The translations under genes were made by a program, and so were the position numbers. From an uncultured virus (IMG/VR IMGVR_UViG_3300036961_000217) (lineage: Duplodnaviria > Heunggongvirae > Uroviricota > Caudoviricetes), in the IMG/VR virus record IMGVR_UViG_3300036961_000217: a stretch of 33,806 bases of DNA; one strand, written 5' to 3'. The notes under the pieces were generated by a model. That model made no database searches, had not been told where the DNA came from, and saw only the letters and a program-made list of their open reading frames with translations. Shown one piece after another: positions 26,501 to 33,806 of the stretch. Position 1 is the first letter of the stretch. Every line of letters begins with the position of its first letter.

Positions 26501-27584
26501 GTAAACTTTTGTTTACTGGTAGATATCTAGGAATATTAATTCCTTTCTCTATTGATCTAGTTGTATTAAAATATTCATTACCAAATTGGTCTGTAACTAT
26601 TCCATTTTTACCCATACCGCAAGGTATTCCACAAATAGAAACAAGATCGATTTTTGTTAGATCATGTTTTGAAAATACAATATCCCTTTTAATTTTAGGT
26701 GAAATTAAATAATCTGTATTGTCAAGATCCTTAACTCGTTTCCATTTAAAATCATACATTGTCTTGTAAATCGTGTTGTATTTACATGTAAAATATGGAT
26801 GATTTTCAGACACTCCTCCTGACAAACTTCCAAGAGTGGTTTTAATTGAAAATATTTTCTCGCTTTTTTTGACCTCTCGCTTTCCAACTCTTTTGATCTT
26901 TTGAAAATTTCCATTATGGGTAATTACGATATCTCCATTTCTGATATCTCTAATTAATTTAGTCCCATCTTTGGTGTAAATCACTGTATCTCCAATAAAA
27001 CAATCATGCGTAGCCACCAGTGGAATTCCATAGTCTTCTGAGATTTCCAAACAATCCAGATTCCATTCTATCTGCAATGGATGATTGTGGGGCATGATCT
27101 CAATATAAACTTCAGCTTGATCAGCCAAATCCTCACAGAAAAATTTCTCTCCATGGTCGGGCTTCATAACAGAATTAACACAGCCTGACATGAAAATGAG
27201 ACCGTCCGAATGCTTTAAAACTTGTTCGTAATCAACTCTTGGTCTTTTGTGAAATCCTACTAGATGGGCATAACTGCACATTTTCAAGAGATTGTGCCAT
27301 CCAGTTTCATTCTGTACGAGCATTGTTAAGTGTCTTGGCTTCTCTTTTGTATCTCTTGCATCTTGGCAGACATACGCTTCCATTCCAATAATTGGAATTA
27401 TTCCTTCTTTCTTGCATTCATCTTGCCACTTTAAAGTTCCTGCAACATCTCCATGATCTGTGATAGCTAAATATTCATATCCAAGTTCTTTTGCTCTTTT
27501 GGCATATTGCTCTGGTTTGCCCATTCCGTCGAGCAACGAGTGTTCACAGTGAGTGTGCAGGTGAACAAAATATCTATTATCCAC
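22971..27584 (-). CDS. dnaE: DNA polymerase III alpha (family C) with intein and C-terminal family-4 UDG domain
   Basis: PHP motifs HLHTH..SLLDG and AITDHG; GRGSAAGSLV; PDIDMD; HAAG; KLDVLGL; YQEQVM; YSFNLSHA. Probable GTG start at 27584 after GGAG. Confidence 0.95.
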   Translation of the reverse strand: MDNRYFVHLHTHCEHSLLDGMGKPEQYAKRAKELGYEYLAITDHGDVAGTLKWQDECKKEGIIPIIGMEAYVCQDARDTKEKPRHLTMLVQNETGWHNLLKMCSYAHLVGFHKRPRVDYEQVLKHSDGLIFMSGCVNSVMKPDHGEKFFCEDLADQAEVYIEIMPHNHPLQIEWNLDCLEISEDYGIPLVATHDCFIGDTVIYTKDGTKLIRDIRNGDIVITHNGNFQKIKRVGKREVKKSEKIFSIKTTLGSLSGGVSENHPYFTCKYNTIYKTMYDFKWKRVKDLDNTDYLISPKIKRDIVFSKHDLTKIDLVSICGIPCGMGKNGIVTDQFGNEYFNTTRSIEKGINIPRYLPVNKSLLEIIGMYIANGNVDGYNIGFSTHIDKKWQIDIIIDYFTSFGFSPYIVKKENCIAAIITSSVFSKFFCKVCGNGARNKHLPYINGVGPFNLFSEKQMSRILFGYITSDGRIIPKKSAITAACTTSKILCYEIMAILNAIGIISLPMITTHQDTTHKNPNANPSQWKNLYSLNVTGYQYVILCRFLEIENTLSTIKCFRKRYVENSLFFGVKLSKIQIVDLKEPLYNMEVENDNSYIANGLAVHNCHYVLPEDEESQEVLLAIQRGAKWNDPNRWKFDFHNLHLATADEMISGFSKQKLPRSIYIPAMKRTVEIARKCSGFQISKQEVHLPLPPSVTGDEFAFLENLCVKGYYDKIGSLFELEYEQRMDYELSVIKSKGFVRYFLIVWDFINWVKKHSSVYSPGRGSAAGSLVTYLVGITGVDPIKYGLLFSRFINEERIDLPDIDMDIPDTLRGEAIQYLRDTYGNENVAGISTFLKMKARLVIRDVARVFDIDLKEVDTFAKSVDKSVQDAIDLEVEQYQKKCEEIDNNKRDKEREKKKEDIKQQMFHYKHPDVIKHALKLEGQCRGYSRHAAGAVISNESLSDGRQTYLAERGNNIVVGWDMSDCEHAGLLKLDVLGLKTLTVLNYAHDLIKENYNLDLDYSKIPLDDPKVYEALNNGNFTGIFQMGWAIQDVIRKSKVNNILEWSDAVALGRPGPANSGMLDEYIRRKNGGNWEKKHPIYEEVTKDTFSCITYQEQVMNIFHKVAGLPYPIADKIRKIIGKKRDAKEFEPYKDMFAKGCYKQRTMSEKEVNEFWEGLLEHASYSFNLSHALSYSVLGYWTLYTKVYYPTEYVAAFLTYGTEKHIPEMIKDARSMGLQLIPPKIGISDALRWKADGNKLYLPFNAIHGVGEKMAVEIAAGGRIRKKGKKLITEERSFTPSVQTTLENIRAFDPHAKLPKEALRYFDFELLADPREAYPKLLKILGRYSQNDDIIESALRGEFELSLCVQQSKFKLNGELLDCRKCGLRAECARPVSPSPSDHNMMIIAEAPGAYEDRQGVGLVGPAGKVIWSELGKYDLDRTLFHVTNTCKCFPKKTKTPNKEHVEACSGWLKEEIEQVKPFIILASGKTAMYFFTGEDKGITKKNATIEWNEDYGCYVCYCLHPASILHSNKNKSEFERGIKFFSDKVQAIGGI
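25773..27002 (-). mobile_element. 410-aa intein with LAGLIDADG-type homing endonuclease
   Basis: Junctions ATHD|CFIGDT ... LYNMEVENDNSYIANGLAVHN|CHY. Block B S.NHPY. LAGLIDADG-like IIGMYIANG and ILFGYITSDG. AT-rich. Confidence 0.93.
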
Positions 27585-27845
27585 AATGTGTTTTCTCCAA
27601 TTCTTTTTTAAGGATAGCATATGTTTCAGGATGGATATACATATTATTACCAGATATATAAGCCTCTCTCCTTGCGATTGTTTTATAGTTCTTTTTGTCC
27701 TTCTTCCATTTTTTTGCTATACGTTTGCTCTTGCATCTTGGAAATCGAAATTGGACAGCTTCTATTAAAAACTATTTTGGAGTACTTTCATACCATATAT
27801 TTTATCTACCATATATGGGCCTGTATTGATTTCTTGATTATTCAT
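27577..27845 (-). pseudogene. Small gene frameshifted in a T5 run (+ strand A run 27767-27771)
   Basis: MNNQEIN...LQNSF* as read. One extra T gives an 89-aa ORF (...LIEAVQFRFPRCKSKRIAKKWKKDKKNYK...HPETY...CG*) that overlaps both neighbours by 8 nt. Confidence 0.7.
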
Positions 27846-28536
27846 TTTTCTCCAATGCTCTCACGACAACAATTCTTTTTGTTCCAACAATCTGTTGTTT
27901 AACGCTGAATTCCCCACGATCATTAATTTGTTTAAAAACAACCCATGGAGTAGTTGCTTTTCCAAGTCCCAATTCATCTTGGATGTCCTTAATGGAATAC
28001 TTGTTTTGTTCTGCCAGCTTCATAATACGTGATGATTGATTTCCGGCTCGAAACCCATAAACATCTCTATTTGGATCTTTCGATTTGAGACCATGTGGTA
28101 GAGGGATTTCCATCATCATTCCAGGCCTGATATGTTCCTCTGGAGGTTTAATATTGCTACTTGTTTTTTTCTTGTTTTTAACAGAGTCCTCCATGCTCTT
28201 TTCTGGCTTAAGGTTGTGGTCTGTTCTTCTATTTTCGAATGGGATTCTTGACGCTTTAAGCATCTCACTTGTTGGTTCTTTTTGTCCTGTTAATATTTCA
28301 TACAAATCTTCAATGTTTCCTTTAAAAGCACTCTGATGACACAAACGAGCAAATGTTCTTTCGTCTATAGCGTTGATTACTTCGATCAATTTCCAACACA
28401 ATGTTTCTGTTGTAGATTGTTCTGTGTTGATAGGTTCTACAATTACATCCCCTATTTGATTTAATTTATTAATTGAATCTACAACATATGAATGGTCAAG
28501 TCTTTCCGCATAAAAGATATCATCGATTTGAGCCAT
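27838..28536 (-). CDS. Hypothetical protein (possible C-terminal winged HTH)
   Basis: 232-aa ORF in the operon. SIKDIQDELGLGK segment is HTH-like. Confidence 0.6.
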   Translation of the reverse strand: MAQIDDIFYAERLDHSYVVDSINKLNQIGDVIVEPINTEQSTTETLCWKLIEVINAIDERTFARLCHQSAFKGNIEDLYEILTGQKEPTSEMLKASRIPFENRRTDHNLKPEKSMEDSVKNKKKTSSNIKPPEEHIRPGMMMEIPLPHGLKSKDPNRDVYGFRAGNQSSRIMKLAEQNKYSIKDIQDELGLGKATTPWVVFKQINDRGEFSVKQQIVGTKRIVVVRALEKNE

Positions 28537-28717
28537 CTTTATCCCCCTTTATATATTGAGCGAATGTTTTTATGATCTTCAAAAGGTCGTCTCTTTGTTT
28601 TCCAATTCTTTCTTGATAATATTTAACAATCCAATTGTCATGTATAAAACAGGTTTGTTTTAAGCATTTTTCAATGTCTCCTATAAAGGTACAATATTGA
28701 CACTGACCATGATTCAT
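28520..28717 (-). CDS. Hypothetical Cys-rich small protein
   Basis: CQYC...C...C..H, TAATG-coupled to primase. Confidence 0.6.
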   Translation of the reverse strand: MNHGQCQYCTFIGDIEKCLKQTCFIHDNWIVKYYQERIGKQRDDLLKIIKTFAQYIKGDKDGSNR

Positions 28718-29610
28718 TAAAACACCTCCCTTCTTAACGCTCTTACATCAGATTCAGTAAGATCCCCTGGGTCTTTGTCTTCTGGTAGTTCCAAAACCTC
28801 TGTAAGTTTGATGAATGGAGATAGTTCATAAGCCAAACGATATGCCTGTTCGATAGCAGGAGCCTCTCCATCAAACATTACAAAGCATCGATTGAGATTC
28901 ATTTTGACAATGCTTTCGACCTGTTTCTGTGTGAATGATGTAGAGAAGAGGGCAATTGAACCATCTCCGAGATTCATAGCATCCATACATCCCTCTACTA
29001 TAATAGCACAATCTTTAACGGAATCTAAATTAAAAATCCATTCTCTTCTCGGCAGGAGATTGTGCGATTCTGGAGATGTCTTGTACTTTAATTGAGATTT
29101 TCCTGTCGTGTCTCTACCGATGAAGCCGACAGTTCGACCTTCCATTTTACATGGAACAATGAGCCGAAATTTTTGATCTCCAATGTGGTCTGCAGACATC
29201 AATGAGTATTTCTTCTCCCATTTATCAGCTGGATAACCTCTATTTTCAAGGTAAATCCTATGTTCTTTTGAAATAGGTGATTTGAAATCTCTCATTAGAT
29301 CTTCAAGTTTGCCTGTAATTTTGTGAGTATATGTATATTCGCTCGTTTTATCAGTAAAATATATGGAATTAGAGATGTCTGCAGCTGCACTTGGAGACTC
29401 GCCAAACCTACGTAGAAGACTTTTGAATTCACCGTGAATCCCGCATATCCAACATTTATATCTTCCATCTCTCAGGCGAATACCAAGATGGTTTGATCTA
29501 TCTCGGCAGAATGGATTCACGCACCTGATTCCAATATACCCTTTGGACACGTTTTTACCATGCGTCCAATAGGGTATATTTTTCATATCAAGATAGTCTT
29601 GGATGGTCAT
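28717..29610 (-). CDS. DNA primase (zinc finger + TOPRIM)
   Basis: C..PFC...HLG...CWICG, YLENRG, GFIGR, VEGCMDAM, MFDGE, KDPGDL. Confidence 0.9.
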   Translation of the reverse strand: MTIQDYLDMKNIPYWTHGKNVSKGYIGIRCVNPFCRDRSNHLGIRLRDGRYKCWICGIHGEFKSLLRRFGESPSAAADISNSIYFTDKTSEYTYTHKITGKLEDLMRDFKSPISKEHRIYLENRGYPADKWEKKYSLMSADHIGDQKFRLIVPCKMEGRTVGFIGRDTTGKSQLKYKTSPESHNLLPRREWIFNLDSVKDCAIIVEGCMDAMNLGDGSIALFSTSFTQKQVESIVKMNLNRCFVMFDGEAPAIEQAYRLAYELSPFIKLTEVLELPEDKDPGDLTESDVRALRREVF

Positions 29611-30376
29611 GTCTAAGATATCCCCATATCAATCCCATCAAGAGTTTTTCAATCTTATCATGATCAATATGGTCTGGGAGAGTGGAACGAACATATGCTT
29701 CTTGAGCCAAGACAAACAATCTATTCGCCTCTGCCTTCACCCTTTCCAGACTCCATTCTCCTCTTTTAATTGCTTTTAATTCATCGTTGTCTGGTCTAAA
29801 GACTCTTAAATGACCATCTGTGAGATATTCAATACTCATCCTAAGTAACCGAATGAGATGAGCCGCATTCTTTACGTCAAAGCCAAATCTTTTAACGATC
29901 TCTTTCCTTTTTGCTCCCATATAACCTTCAAATGCCATATGAGTCATTCTATGTAATTGACCATGGGCATATCCAGAAAAACTATGGTACGCTTGTTTAG
30001 AGACGAATAAATCTCTATTGAATAATATCGCGTTACCTATGTCTGAGACGTATACATAATGTTCTTTATTTAACCACAACAAAGACAAAACATTTGGATT
30101 TTGTTTAATTAACAGAGAGAAGAATTTCTTAATCTCATACACTACAGAATCCCATTCTCCTCTTTTAACTTCTTTTTGTTCGAATTTCTTTAGTCCAAGA
30201 TATTGTGATTTAGGCCCAAAGCACACACCAAGTAAGTCGATATCGTCAATAGCTAATGGATCATCTTTTGGTATGTATGTCCCATGAGATGTTGAACCTA
30301 CATATCCAAGTAATATTGTATTTTCTGGAATGATTTCAAGAGTCTCTTCTCTTGATAGTCCTTTGAGTTTAATCAT
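29588..30376 (-). CDS. Pol-beta superfamily nucleotidyltransferase (RlaP/YcgL-like)
   Basis: GSTSHGT...DIDLLGV, YEIKKF..L...NPN, SFSGYA, KNAAHLIRLL, IKRGEW. Confidence 0.82.
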   Translation of the reverse strand: MIKLKGLSREETLEIIPENTILLGYVGSTSHGTYIPKDDPLAIDDIDLLGVCFGPKSQYLGLKKFEQKEVKRGEWDSVVYEIKKFFSLLIKQNPNVLSLLWLNKEHYVYVSDIGNAILFNRDLFVSKQAYHSFSGYAHGQLHRMTHMAFEGYMGAKRKEIVKRFGFDVKNAAHLIRLLRMSIEYLTDGHLRVFRPDNDELKAIKRGEWSLERVKAEANRLFVLAQEAYVRSTLPDHIDHDKIEKLLMGLIWGYLRHDHPRLS

Positions 30377-30385
30377 ATTTTTCTC

Positions 30386-30649
30386 CTATTTTGGCAACCT
30401 ATGTAAAACATGTGTTTGCATTCTGACCTTCTCTATGCTTTTTTCAAGTGATAGGATTTTCTTTGACTTCATATACTCGAATTGTTCAATAGCACTTTCC
30501 AAATCCCAATGCCAATCTGGTTTTGTATAGTATGACCAAGGATTCCCAACATTTCTTTCCTTAATGATTGCTAGAGCACCTTCTACTTTATATAATTCCT
30601 TCTCGTAAATACCAGACTTAAGAGCGTCCTTGGTCACATATACAATCAT
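30386..30649 (-). CDS. Hypothetical protein
   Basis: VYVTKDALKSGI...W...ESAI...KKILSLEKSIEK, ATGA-coupled to the upstream gene. Confidence 0.65.
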   Translation of the reverse strand: MIVYVTKDALKSGIYEKELYKVEGALAIIKERNVGNPWSYYTKPDWHWDLESAIEQFEYMKSKKILSLEKSIEKVRMQTHVLHRLPK

Positions 30650-31149
30650 AATTCAAACTCCCTCATAAGAATATCTGCATGTTTGATAACAAATTCAGCT
30701 TGACCATTATATAGTCCAATTTTAGTTGTAACAATCTCCTTGATGCCAGCATTAATGCACATTTGAATACACCTCAAGCAAGGAGTTGCATTGACATAAA
30801 GTGTTGCGTCCCTAGTAGATACTCCAGATCTTGCTGCCTGTACAATTGCATTCTCTTCGGAGTGGTTCGCTATACAAATATCCAAACCTTCTCCAGACTT
30901 ATATCCTAAAACTTTTCTTGGACAAGTATAAATAGCAATACCAGATGGAACCGCAGGAAGCTGCTTTTTTAAATATTCATCTCTAGAATATCTAATAGAA
31001 CAATCTGGTATTCCTCTAGCTGGCCCATTATATCCAGACGAAATAATGGCCTTGTCTTTTACTATGATGGCCCCAATTTTCCTGGAATAGCACTTGCTAT
31101 TCTCTCCTACTACTTTGCATATTTCAAAGAAATATTGATCCCAAGTCAT
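30646..31149 (-). CDS. dCMP deaminase
   Basis: TWDQYF, SRKIGAIIV, SGYNG, HSEENA, PCLRC. Confidence 0.92.
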   Translation of the reverse strand: MTWDQYFFEICKVVGENSKCYSRKIGAIIVKDKAIISSGYNGPARGIPDCSIRYSRDEYLKKQLPAVPSGIAIYTCPRKVLGYKSGEGLDICIANHSEENAIVQAARSGVSTRDATLYVNATPCLRCIQMCINAGIKEIVTTKIGLYNGQAEFVIKHADILMREFEL

Positions 31150-31610
31150 TATTTGTTTCCTTCGTTCCATCTACCCCATGCAAGAGCTGCATAGTGAGCT
31201 ATCTTCAAGAAATCTCTTACTTGCTCCTCGTCTCCTCTCATATTTTTGCCATACCTTTTGACATACTTCTCAATCGCTTTGATACAGTACATAGCATTTT
31301 CTGCAGAGACACGATCATCTGACGAGTCACCGTACTGGGGGATTGTATACTTGACAATGTGTTCCTCAACCAATTTTGAAAACTCTTTCCAACCTATAAA
31401 CTTTTTATTCCAATCTTCCATTGCTAACATTGAATGCAATGCAATTTCAACAAAATAACTTATTTGATATTTATCTCTGTCATTTTTGTCGTATTTTTTT
31501 ATTAGAGCATTTATCATATTGATATGATCTGTCCTACAATCGTTCTTACTGACTTGGCGTTCTTCCAATAAACTTGAGAACTCTTTCCATTCTGATACTC
31601 GATCAATCAT
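31149..31610 (-). CDS. Hypothetical protein with internal duplication (DUF3310-like motif)
   Basis: KYVKRYGKN...RDFLKIAHYA. Located between TS and dCMP deaminase. Confidence 0.6.
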   Translation of the reverse strand: MIDRVSEWKEFSSLLEERQVSKNDCRTDHINMINALIKKYDKNDRDKYQISYFVEIALHSMLAMEDWNKKFIGWKEFSKLVEEHIVKYTIPQYGDSSDDRVSAENAMYCIKAIEKYVKRYGKNMRGDEEQVRDFLKIAHYAALAWGRWNEGNK

Positions 31611-31619
31611 TTTATTCTC

Positions 31620-32351
31620 CTATTTTCCATTTATTTCATCCAGAAACTTTGCCACATATCCATCTTTCCTTCTTCTTGCTTCAGCAAGTTCCCATACATA
31701 TCGATACAAATGCAGCCCTTTAGAACAAGCTACTGTTTCTCCTGGATCAACACCAATCTCTTCAGCCATGTATTCCTTAAGAATTTGAAGACCTGCTAGA
31801 TTAGCAGGAGTACCACCAAACAAATCCCAACTTCTCCACATTGTATAGAAATGAAGTTTGTTATCTTGAACTCTACTGTCAATTACTTGTAAGCATGGTG
31901 GGTCGTTTAATAACATATCTCCAGGTTTTGCAATATGCATACAAAGTTGATTATTACGAATCTTACCTGTTTTATATTTAGATATTACGTGTTCGATTTG
32001 GTTGAAGGGAGAAATCAAACGACTGCCATATGAATATGTTTCATTCTCCTTCACTTTGTCGGTCATGAGATAAAGGATGTATGGTTCTCCCTTGAAATTC
32101 GGATCATCGCCAAGAATATATCCAGGTTCAATTGGATCTGGGATTCCAAGCTCAGGAGGAAGACGAGGTTCAAGTGGCCTTGTTTCTGGGTGTGTGATTT
32201 GAATTGTAACAAAATCAAATTCAAGCCGATAATCTCCAGCAAAACTCCCCTCGTCAATCTTGAAAGGTCTTCCTTCTTCCAAGATCAACATGATCAATTG
32301 ATTCCATGCATCTGGTATGTCTGTAGCCTTAACGAAAACTGGGTTCAACAT
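31620..32351 (-). CDS. Thymidylate synthase homologue (short, archaeal-type-like)
   Basis: YSYGSRL, NQIE, catalytic PPCLQ, RSWDLFGG.PAN (Asn indicates dUMP type), LHLY. Confidence 0.85.
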   Translation of the reverse strand: MLNPVFVKATDIPDAWNQLIMLILEEGRPFKIDEGSFAGDYRLEFDFVTIQITHPETRPLEPRLPPELGIPDPIEPGYILGDDPNFKGEPYILYLMTDKVKENETYSYGSRLISPFNQIEHVISKYKTGKIRNNQLCMHIAKPGDMLLNDPPCLQVIDSRVQDNKLHFYTMWRSWDLFGGTPANLAGLQILKEYMAEEIGVDPGETVACSKGLHLYRYVWELAEARRRKDGYVAKFLDEINGK

Positions 32352-32352
32352 T

Positions 32353-33806
32353 CTATTTCCTCTCCGAGTCAACCAATGCATTTCCTGTCATCATATGTTG
32401 CAATACAATGACCTCATGTGCCTCGTTAAATAATCGATACCTATTTTTTACAACATTGAATCTTACTTCGCCAGACTCCTTCTCCTCATTGGTCTGCATA
32501 AACCCAAAAATGAAATCTGCATGAGCATAATTTGCCCTAGCAGAACCAGAGGCGTCTCCCATCTGCGAGTATCTTCCCCTCTCCTTTAGCACATGTGTTT
32601 TGACCTGTGAAACTGTAACCACCATAGCCTTGCGTTCAAAAGCCATCCCTGCCAGAGCCATCATTGTTTTATTTAATCTTACTTCGTCATTGTCGTTTAC
32701 ATTGTGATCTTCAGGAGCCATGATTTCTCCGTAATCCACGACTATCAGATCGGGGACAAAATCTTCCGAGTATTCCAGAAGATCCAGATCCCTTTTCATG
32801 TCGGATGTGTTTGCAGAAAATTTGGGATAGCATTTGTAACGATAGACATCTCCATATGAACGATTGAATGCCCTCATACGACTTGAAAGGTAATCCATCG
32901 TGATGGTCTCTCTGACAATCGGTTCGTACCACGATTCAGGTTCAAAATCATTGTCGATTCCCCTGCAGACATTGCAAATCCGATAGTCAACAGGAGCCTT
33001 ATCCCACCTTGGCTTGATGTCGTCATCTGAATATAATTTTACCCTGTTCTTTCTCTCTTTCTTGGGGCAAGCATCGATCTGATTCAGACGACAATCAAAG
33101 ACCGGATACAAAAATTGACTTTCCTCCTCATTCCTTCCTGTGAGAATTCTATAATACCTCTTTGCATTTTCTTCTTCTGACATTTCAAGATTGAATTCGA
33201 CAACCTTGAATCTCTCTTTCATTGCAAGGGTCTCAACAATCTTAAGGAAGTTTGATTTTCCAGAACCATAAACTCCCTGCCCAATAATCAGCCAGCCACG
33301 ATTCCACCAACCGAATAAATCGCCTAAAGCTCCAGGAAAAAGAATCATCCTGTTTTTGTCATCGCTCTTATAAACTGTCTTGGCGAACTCAATATCATTA
33401 GGATTGACCCATCCAGAGGTTTGTTTTGATATTTTTTTGAAATTTGTCCATACCTCTTCCGCTTCTTCTACTTTATCAAGTTCAGATAAAGATTTTACTT
33501 TTGTTGAGATGTCAAGTAAGGCTCTTTTGCGAAAGTATTTAACTGCTTTGTCAATTACAAATTGTTCATTAAATGTCTCGTCATATTTATCATCAAGTTG
33601 TTGAAGAAAAGGTCCGATTAAATTCACATCATCATCATTGAGTTTGTTCTTGTAGACTTCATAGAGGTCGTTTATGTGTTCTACTGGAGCTTCTTGGTAT
33701 TGATCAAAATATTCTTTTACCCATCCATATACCGTTCTCACAAATGGCACAGAAAATAATTCAAAACGAGCTATTGGAACGATCTCTTTGAGAAAGTTTG
33801 TATTTG
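32353..33806 (-). CDS. Replicative helicase, DnaB/SF4-like (5' truncated by window)
   Basis: Walker A GVYGSGKS, FNLEM, VVDY, TVSQ, HAD, VVKNR. Confidence 0.88.
   Translation of the reverse strand, partial: NTNFLKEIVPIARFELFSVPFVRTVYGWVKEYFDQYQEAPVEHINDLYEVYKNKLNDDDVNLIGPFLQQLDDKYDETFNEQFVIDKAVKYFRKRALLDISTKVKSLSELDKVEEAEEVWTNFKKISKQTSGWVNPNDIEFAKTVYKSDDKNRMILFPGALGDLFGWWNRGWLIIGQGVYGSGKSNFLKIVETLAMKERFKVVEFNLEMSEEENAKRYYRILTGRNEEESQFLYPVFDCRLNQIDACPKKERKNRVKLYSDDDIKPRWDKAPVDYRICNVCRGIDNDFEPESWYEPIVRETITMDYLSSRMRAFNRSYGDVYRYKCYPKFSANTSDMKRDLDLLEYSEDFVPDLIVVDYGEIMAPEDHNVNDNDEVRLNKTMMALAGMAFERKAMVVTVSQVKTHVLKERGRYSQMGDASGSARANYAHADFIFGFMQTNEEKESGEVRFNVVKNRYRLFNEAHEVIVLQHMMTGNALVDSERK

Noticed and set aside
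1..33806. Stop-codon reassignment
   Set aside because: TAA, TAG and TGA all end well-defined genes, and long genes are uninterrupted under the standard code.

Overview
Fragment of a large tailed dsDNA phage (siphovirus-type), standard genetic code, with two convergent blocks. The + strand (1-11408) is a lambda-like tail-tip operon: tape measure C-terminus, gpM, gpL, gpK, gpI and a 2069-aa gpJ with five tandem repeats. A GDP-mannose 3,5-epimerase-like gene sits between gpL and gpK, and gpM, gpL and gpJ carry extra putative sugar-binding domains. The - strand (11611-33806) is a replication, recombination and nucleotide-metabolism block: DnaB-like helicase, thymidylate synthase homologue, dCMP deaminase, nucleotidyltransferase, primase, DnaE, UvsY-like protein, SSB, tRNA-Ile(UAU), RecA, 5'-3' exonuclease, Holliday junction resolvase, split SbcC/Rad50 around SbcD/Mre11, MucR, HU and a DHH phosphoesterase. 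The most unusual items are (i) a DnaE with a C-terminal family-4 uracil-DNA-glycosylase domain and an intein in its PHP metal motif, (ii) the epimerase embedded in the tail operon, (iii) the split Rad50 interleaved with MucR, (iv) the rare tRNA-Ile(UAU), and (v) two small broken genes missing from the ORF track. All product calls come from motif recognition by eye; no database searches were run.
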